The position numbers and the translations under genes were made by a program. Shown piece by piece: positions 52,601 to 64,000 of a stretch of 64,000 nt of DNA. The stretch lies in contig OZ024744.1 of the NCBI GenBank assembly GCA_964016885.1, positions 29,388,001 through 29,452,000 on the forward strand, written 5' to 3'. Source of the DNA: Eledone cirrhosa. Lineage: Eukaryota. The stretch's first letter is position 1. Each line of letters opens with the position of its first letter. The notes below the pieces were generated by a model that saw only the letters and a list, made by a program, of their open reading frames with translations, had not been told where the DNA came from and searched no databases.

Positions 52601-55600
52601 CACTATACAACACCATACCACACTACACTACAGTGCACTACACTACACCACACTACACTACACTACACTACACTACACCACACCACACTACACCACACTA
52701 TACCACACTACACTACACCACACCAGACCACACTACACTACACTACACCACACCACACCACACTATACCACACTACACTACACTACACCACACCACACCA
52801 CACTACACTACACTACACCACACTATACCACACTATACCACACTACACTATACTACACCACACTACACTACACTACACTACACCACACCACACTATACCA
52901 CACAACACTACACTACACCAGACCACACTACACTACACTAGACCACACCACACCACACCACACTATACCACACTACACTACACTACACTACACCACACTA
53001 TACCACACTATACCACACTACACTACAGTACACTACACCACACTACACTACACTACACTACACTACACTACACTACAATACACTACACTACACCACACAA
53101 CACCACACAACACCACACTATACCACACTACACTACACCACACCAGACCACACTACACTACACTACGCCACACCACACTATACCACACTATACCACACTA
53201 CACTACACTACACCACACCACACTACACTACACTACACCACACTATACCACACTACACTACACCACACCACACGACACTATACTACACCACACCATACAA
53301 CACTATACCACACTACACTACACTACACCACACTACACTACACCACACCACACCACACTATATCACACTACACCACACCACACCACACCACACTACACCA
53401 TACTATACCTCACTACACTACACTATACCACACCAAACCTCACTATACCACACTACACTACACTACACCACACCACACCACACCACACCACACCACACCA
53501 CACCACACTATACCACACTACACTACACCACACCAGACCACACTACAGTACACTACACCACACCACACCGCAATATACGACACTACACTACACTACACCA
53601 CACCACACCACACAACACTACACTACACTACACCACACCACACTATACCACACTAAACCACACTACACTACACTACACTACACTACACCACACTACACCA
53701 CACCACAGCACACCACACTATACCACACTACACTACACTACACCACACCACACCACACCACACCACACCACACCACACTATACCACACTACACTACACCA
53801 CACCACACTATACCACACTACACTACACTACACCACACCCCACCACACTACACTACACTACACCACACAATACCACACTATACAACGCTACACTACACTA
53901 CACTACACCACACCACACCACACCACACCACACCGCACTACACTACACCACACTACACTACACCACACGAGACCACACCACACTACACCACACTACAGCA
54001 AACCACACCACACTACACTACACTACACCACACCACACCACATCACACCACACCAGACTACACCACACTACACCGCACTACACTACACTACACAAAACCA
54101 CACTACACTACACTACACCACACCACACCACACTATACCACACTACACGAGACCACACCACACTACACCACACCACACCACATTACATTACACCACACTA
54201 CACTACACCAGATCACACTACACCACACTACACCACACTACACCACATCACACCACACCACACCACACTACACCTCACTACACCACATTACACCAGATCA
54301 CACTACACTACACTACACTACACCAACCACACCACACCACACTACACCACACTACACCACACTACACCAGACCACACTACACCACACTACACCACACTAC
54401 ACCACACCACACCAGACCACACTTATACCACACCACACCAGACCACACCACACTACACAACCCCACACAACACCACAGCACACCACACTATACCACACTA
54501 CACAGCACTACACTACACCACACTACACCACACTACACCACACCAGACCACACTATACCACACCAGACCACACCACACTATACCACACCACACTACACCA
54601 CACTACACCACAGTACACCTCACTACACCAGATCACACTACACCACACTACACCACACTACACCACACCACACTAGACCACACCACACCACATTACACTA
54701 CACCACACCACACCACACTAAACACATCACACCTCACCACACTTATACCACACCACACAAGACCACGTAACACTACACCACACTAAACCACATCACACCA
54801 CACTATACCACACCATACCACACTACACCAGACCACACCACACCACACTACACTGCACTACACCACACCACACTACACTACATTACACCACACCACACTA
54901 TACCACACTACACTACACTACACTACACCACACCACACCACACTACACTACACTACACTACACTACACCACACTATACCACACTATAACACACTACACTA
55001 CACTACACTACACTACACTACACTACACTACACCACACTACACTACACTACACTACACCACATCACACTATACCATACTACACTACACTACATTACACCA
55101 CACCACACTACACTACATTACCCCACACTATACCACACTATACCACACTACACTACAGTACACTACACCACACTACACTACACTACACTACACTACACTA
55201 CACTACACTACACTACACTACAATACACAACACTACACCACACAACACCACACAACACCACACTATACCACACTACACTACACCACACCAGACCACACTA
55301 CACTACACTACAACACACCACACTATACCACACTATACCACACTACACTACACTACACCACACCACACTACACTACACTACACCACACTATACCACACTA
55401 CACTACACCACACCACACTACACGATACTACACTACACCACACCATACAACACTATACCACACTACACTACACCACACTACACTACACCACACCACACCA
55501 CACCACACCACACCACACTACACTACACTACACTACACCACACCACACCACACCACACTACACCATACTATACCACACTACACTAAACTATAACACACCA

Positions 55601-58600
55601 CACCACACTATACCACACTACACTACACCACACCAGAACACACTATACCACACTACACTACACTACACCACACCACACCACACTACACTACACAACACCA
55701 CACTATACCACACTATACCACACTACACTACAGTACACTACACCACAGCACACCACACCACACCACACTATACCACACTACACTACACCACACCAGACCA
55801 CACTACACTACACTACACTACACTACACTACACCACACTATACCACACTATACCACACTACACTACAGTACACTACACTACACCACACTACACTACATTA
55901 CACCACACCACACCACACCACACTATACCACACTACACTACACCACACCAGACCACACTACACTACACTACACCACACTACACCACACCACAGCACACTA
56001 CATTACACCACACTACACTACACTACACCAGATCACACTACACCATACTACACCACACTACACCACACCACACCACACCACACTACACCGCACTACACCA
56101 CACTACACCAGATCACACTACACTACACCACACCACACCACACTACACCACACTACACCACACTACACCAGACCACACTACACCACACTACACCACACCA
56201 CACCAGACCACACCACACCACACTACCGTACACCACACCACACCACACTACACCACACTACACCAGACCACACCACACCACACTTATACCACACTACACC
56301 AGACCACACCACACTACACCACAGCACACTACACCACACCACACCACACCACACTATACCACACTACACCGCACTACACTACACCACACTACACCCCACT
56401 ACACCACACCACACCACACCACACCAGTCCAGACCACACTATACCACACCAGACCACACCACACTATACCACACCACACTACACTACACCACACCACACT
56501 AGACCACACCACACCACATTACACTACACCACACCACACCACACTAAACACATCACACCTCACCACACTTATACCACATCACACAAGACCACGCCACACT
56601 ACACCACACTATACCACACCACACCACACTATACCACACCATACCACACTACACCAGACCACACCACACCATACTACACTGCACTACACCACACCACACT
56701 ACACTACATTACACCACACCACAGTATACCACACTACACTACACAACACCACACCAGACCACACTACACTACACTACACCACACCACATCACACTGTACC
56801 ACACTAAACTACACCACACCAGACCACACTACACTACACTAGACCACACCACACCACACCACACTATACCATACTACACTACACTACAATACACCACACC
56901 ACACTACACTACATTACCCCACACTATACCACACTATACCACACTACACTACAGTACACTACACCACACTACACTACACTACACTACACTACACTACACT
57001 ACACTACACTACACTACACTACACTACACTACACTACACTACACTACACTACACTACACTACACCACACAACACCACACAAACCACACTATACCACACTA
57101 CACTACACCACACCAGACCACACTACACTACACTACACCACACCACACTATACCACACTATACCACACTACACTACACTACACCACACCACACTACACTA
57201 CACTACACCACACTATACCACACTACACTACACCACACCACACTACACGACACTACACTACACCACACCATACAACACTATACCACACTAACTACACCAC
57301 ACTACACTACACCACACCACACCACACCACACCACACTATACCACACTACACTACACCACACCACACCACACCACACTATACCATACTACACCACACTAC
57401 ACCATACTATACCACACTACACTACACTACACTACACCACACTACACCACACCACAGCACACCACACTATACCACACTACACTACACCACACCACACTAT
57501 ACCACACTACACTACACTACACCACACCACACAACACTACACTACCCACACTATACCACACCACACTACACCACACTACACCACACTACACCACACTACC
57601 CCAGATCACACTACACCACACTACACCACACTACACCACACGACACTAGACCACACCACATTACACTACACCACACCACACCACACTAAGCACATCACAC
57701 CTCACCACACTTATACCACACCACACCAGACCACGCCACACTAAACCACACTATACCAAACCACACCACACTCTACTACACCATACCACACTACACCAGA
57801 CCAAACCACACCACACTACACTGCACTACACCACACCACACTACACTACATTACACCACACCACACCACACTATACCACACCACACCATACCACACCACA
57901 CCACACTACACTACACCGCACGTCACCAGACCACACCAGACCACACCACACTGTACCACACTACACCACACCCCACCACACCACACTACACCATACTTCA
58001 CCACACTACACCACACTGCACCAGACCACACCAGACCACACCACACCACACCACACTACACTACACCGCACTTCACCAGCCCACACCAGACCACACCACT
58101 CCACACCACACTACACCACACTTCATCACACCACACTACACCACACTACACCACTCCACACCACGCCACACCACACCACACTACACCACACTACATCACA
58201 CCTACACCAGACTAAACCACACCAATCTACAATACACCACACCACATTACACTACACCACACCACATCACAGCAAACTACACAAAACCACAACAGACCAC
58301 ACCACACTACACCACACTACACCAAACCACACCACACCACACTACACCACAATACACCACACCACACTACACTACACCACACCACACTACACTACACCAC
58401 ACCACACCACACCACACTACACCACACTACACCAGACCACTCCATATCACACCTCACTACACCACACCACACCAGACCACACCACACTACACCACACTAC
58501 ACCTCTCCACACCACGCCACACCACACCACACTACACCACACTTCACCACACCTACACCAGACCACACCACACCAGACCACACAACACTACACCACACTA

Positions 58601-61600
58601 CACCACACCACACCACGCCACACCACACTACACCACACCACAGCACACAACAATACACCACACCACACTACACTACACCACACCACACCACACCAAACTA
58701 CACAAAACCACACCAGACCACACCACACTACACCACACTACACCACACCACACCACACCACACCACACCACACCACACCACACCACACCACACCACACCA
58801 CACCACACTACACCACAATACACCACGCTACACCAGACTGCACCACAATACACTACACCACACTACACTACATTACAACACAACACACCATACCACACCA
58901 CACTACACCACACCACACCACACCACAGCACACTACACCACAATACACCACACTACACCACACTACACCACACCAAACCACACTACACCACACTACACCA
59001 GACTACACCAGACTACACCACACCACACTACACTACACCACACCACACTACACTACACCACACCACACCAGACCACACCACACTACACCACACTACACCA
59101 CACTACACCAGACCACACCACACTACACCACATTACACCACACCACACTACACCACACTACACCAGATCACAACACACTACACCACACTACACCACACCA
59201 CGCCACACCACACTACACCAGACCAATCCACACTACACCACACCACACTACACCACACCACACCACACTACACCACACTGCACCAGACCACACCACACTA
59301 CACCACACTACACCACACCAGAACACACCACACCACACCACACCACACCACACCACACCACACCACACCACACCACACCACACTACACCACAATACACCA
59401 CGCTACACCAGACTGCACCACAATACACTACACCACACTACACTACATTACAACACAACACACCAGACCACACCACACTACACCACACCACACCACACCA
59501 CAGCACACTACACCACAATACACCACACTACACCACACTACACCACACCAAACCACACTACACCACACTACACCAGACTACACCAGACTACACCACACCA
59601 CACTACACTACACCACACCACACTACACTACACCACACCACACCAGACCACACCACACTACACCACACTACACCACACTACACCAGACCACACCACACTA
59701 CACCACATTACACCACACCACACTACACCACACTACACCAGATCACAACACACTACACCACACTACACCACACCACACCACACCACACTACACCAGACCA
59801 ATCCACACTACACCACACCACACTACACCACACCACACCACACTACACCACACTGCACCAGACCACACCACACTACACCACACTACACCACACCAGAACA
59901 CACCACACCACACCACACCACACCACACTACACCAGACCAATCCACACTACACCACACCACACTACACCACACCACACCACACTACACCACACTGCACCA
60001 GACCACACCACACTACACCACACTACACCACACCAGAACACACCACACCACACCACACCTCAGCACACCACACTACACCAGACCAATCCACACTACACCA
60101 CACCACACTGCACCAGACCACACCACACTACACCACACTACACCACACCAGAACACACCACACCACACCACACCTCACCACACCACACTACACCAGACCA
60201 ATCCACACTACACCACACCACACTAGACCAGACCACACCATACTACACCACACTACACCACACCACACAACACCACACTACATCACACGAGACGACACGA
60301 CACGACACCACACTACACCACACTACACCGCACAACACCACACCACACGACACGACACCACACGACACGACACCACACTACACCACACAAAACCACACTA
60401 CACTACACTACACCACACTACACCACACTACACCACACTACACCAGACCACACGACACCACACTACACTACACCACACCACATTACAGCACACTACACCA
60501 CACTACACTACACCACACCACACTACACCACACCACACCACACTACACCACACCAGACTACACCACACCACACTACACCACACCACACCACACCAAACTA
60601 TACCACACTATACCACACTACAGTACACCACACTACACCACACTACACCACACCACACCACACCACACCAGACCACACCACACTATACCACACCACACTA
60701 CACCACACTACACCACACTACACCAGATCACACTACACCACACTACACCACACTACAGCACACCACACTAGACCACACCACACCACATTACACTACACCA
60801 CACCACACCACACTAAACACATCACACCTCACCACACTTATACCACACCACACCAGACCACGCCACACTACACCACACTATACCACACCACACAACACTA
60901 TACCTCACCATACCACACTACACCAGACCACATCACAATACAGTGCACTATACCACACCACACTACACTACATTACACCACACCACACCACACCACACCA
61001 AATTATACCACACCACACCAGACCACACCACACCACACCACACTACACTACACCGCACTTCACCAGACCACACTTCACTACACTACACCACACCACACCA
61101 CACTACACCACACAAGACCTCACAACACTACACCACACCACACCACACTACACCACACTACACCACACTACACCACACCACACCACACAACACTAAACCA
61201 GACCACACCAGACCACACCACACTACACCACACTACACCACACCACACCACCCCACACCACACTACACCACACTTCACCACACTACACCACACTACACCA
61301 GACCAGACCACACCACACTACACTACACCACACCACACTACACTACATCACACCACACCAGACCACACCACACTACACCACACTACACCACTCCACACCA
61401 GGCCACACCACACCACACTACACCACACTACATCACACCTACACCAGACCAAACCCCACCACTCTACAATACACCACACCACATTACACTACACCACACC
61501 ACATCACACCAAACTACACAAAACCACAACAGACCACACCACACTACACCACACCACACCAAACCACACCACACCACACTACACCACAATACACCACACC

Positions 61601-64000
61601 ACACCACACTACACTACACCACACCACTCTACACTACACGACACCACACCACACCACACTACACCACACTACACCAGACCACACCACACCACACTACACT
61701 ACACCACACCACACTACACTACACCACACCACACTACACTACAGCACACCACACCAGACCACACCACACTACACCACACTACACCATTCCACACCACGCC
61801 ACACCACACCACACTACACCACACTACACCACACCTACACCAGACCACACCATACCACACTACACTACACCACACCACACTACACTACACCACACCACAC
61901 CAGACTACACCACACTACACCACACTATACCACACCATACCACACTACACCAGACCACACCACACTACAGTGCACTACACCACACCACACTACACTACAT
62001 TACACCACACCACACCACACCAAATTATACCACACCACACCAGACCACACCACACCACACCACACTACACTACACCGCACTTCACCAGACCACACTTCAC
62101 TACACTACACCACACCACACCACACTATACCACACAAGACCTCACACACACTACACCACATCACACCACACTACACCACACTACACCGCACTACACCACA
62201 CCACACCACACTACACTAAACCAGACCACACCAGACCACACCACACTACACCACACTACACCACTCCACACCAGGCCACACCACACTACATCACACTACA
62301 CCACTCCACACCAGGCCACGCCACACCACACTACACCACACTTCACCACACTACACCATACTACACCAGACCAGACCACACCACACTACACTACACCACA
62401 CCACACCAGACCACACCACACTACACCACACTACACCACTCCACACCAGGCCACACCACACTACACCACACTACACCACTCCACACCAGGCCTCGCCACA
62501 CCACACTACACCACACTACATCACACCTACACCAGACCAAACCACACCACTCTACAATACACCACACCACATTACACTACACCACACCACATCACACCAA
62601 ACTACACAAAACCACAACAGACCACACCACACTACACCACACTACACCATACCACACCACACCACACTACACCACAATACACCACACCACACCACACTAC
62701 ACTACACTACACGACACCACACCACACCACACCACACCACACCTCACCACACCACACTACACCAGACCAATCCACACTACACCACACCACACTAGACCAG
62801 ACCACACCATACTACACCACACTACACCACACCACACAACACCACACTACATCACACGAGACGACACGACACGACACCACACTACACCACACTACACCGC
62901 ACAACACCACACCACACGACACGACACCACACGACACGACACCACACTACACCACACAAAACCACACTACACTACACTACACCACACTACACCACACTAC
63001 ACCACACTACACCAGACCACACGACACCACACTACACTACACCACACCACATTACAGCACACTACACCACACTACACTACACCACACCACACTACACCAC
63101 ACCACACCACACTACACCACACCAGACTACACCACACCACACTACACCACACCACACCACACCAAACTATACCACACTATACCACACTACAGTACACCAC
63201 ACTACACCACACTACACCACACCACACCACACCACACCAGACCACACCACACTATACCACACCACACTACACCACACTACACCACACTACACCAGATCAC
63301 ACTACACCACACTACACCACACTACAGCACACCACACTAGACCACACCACACCACATTACACTACACCACACCACACCACACTAAACACATCACACCTCA
63401 CCACACTTATACCACACCACACCAGACCACGCCACACTACACCACACTATACCACACCACACAACACTATACCTCACCATACCACACTACACCAGACCAC
63501 ATCACAATACAGTGCACTATACCACACCACACTACACTACATTACACCACACCACACCACACCACACCAAATTATACCACACCACACCAGACCACACCAC
63601 ACCACACCACACTACACTACACCGCACTTCACCAGACCACACTTCACTACACTACACCACACCACACCACACTACACCACACAAGACCTCACAACACTAC
63701 ACCACACCACACCACACTACACCACACTACACCACACTACACCACACCACACCACACTACACTAAACCAGACCACACCAGACCACACCACACTACACCAC
63801 ACTACACCACACCACACCACCCCACACCACACTACACCACACTTCACCACACTACACCACACTACACCAGACCAGACCACACCACACTACACTACACCAC
63901 ACCACACTACACTACATCACACCACACCAGACCACACCACACTACACCACACTACACCACTCCACACCAGGCCACACCACACCACACTACACCACACTAC
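49600..64000 (+). repeat. (CACTA/CACCA)n pentanucleotide satellite, array 2 (>14 kb, continues past the window)
   Basis: 5-bp periodicity with kb-scale internal duplications. Confidence 0.97.

Overview
Repeat-dense animal genomic DNA with no convincing host gene. The SINE family and microsatellite style suggest an octopod cephalopod (inference). Bases 0.5-20.6 kb hold a head-to-tail cluster of four Tx1-type (L1 superfamily) non-LTR retrotransposon copies (A-D) plus a 0.38-kb chimeric mini-element, all on + and mostly punctuated by (ATT)n. The same (ATT/AAT)n tracts also carry two 5'-truncated R4/Dong-type RLE elements on the opposite strand and a tRNA-derived SINE. Copy C is nearly intact. 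All three ORF1/ORF2 junctions conserve AGGTAAGT, a pyrimidine tract and an AG, giving a candidate 52-59 nt spliceosomal intron that could fuse ORF1 to ORF2 in frame; copy B joins ORF1 to ORF2 exactly at that AG. Further right are a 36-bp minisatellite, a Helitron-like end, a Penelope-like remnant with a minimal hammerhead ribozyme, an 89-bp palindrome, CRE and RTE fragments, and a full-length decayed hAT transposon with 8-bp TSD inside a (CCA)n tract. Then come a mariner remnant, a 57/59-bp minisatellite, a 200-N gap and two copies of a ~1-kb module, each heading a long (CACTA/CACCA)n satellite. Alignments were done by eye, so boundaries of decayed elements are approximate.
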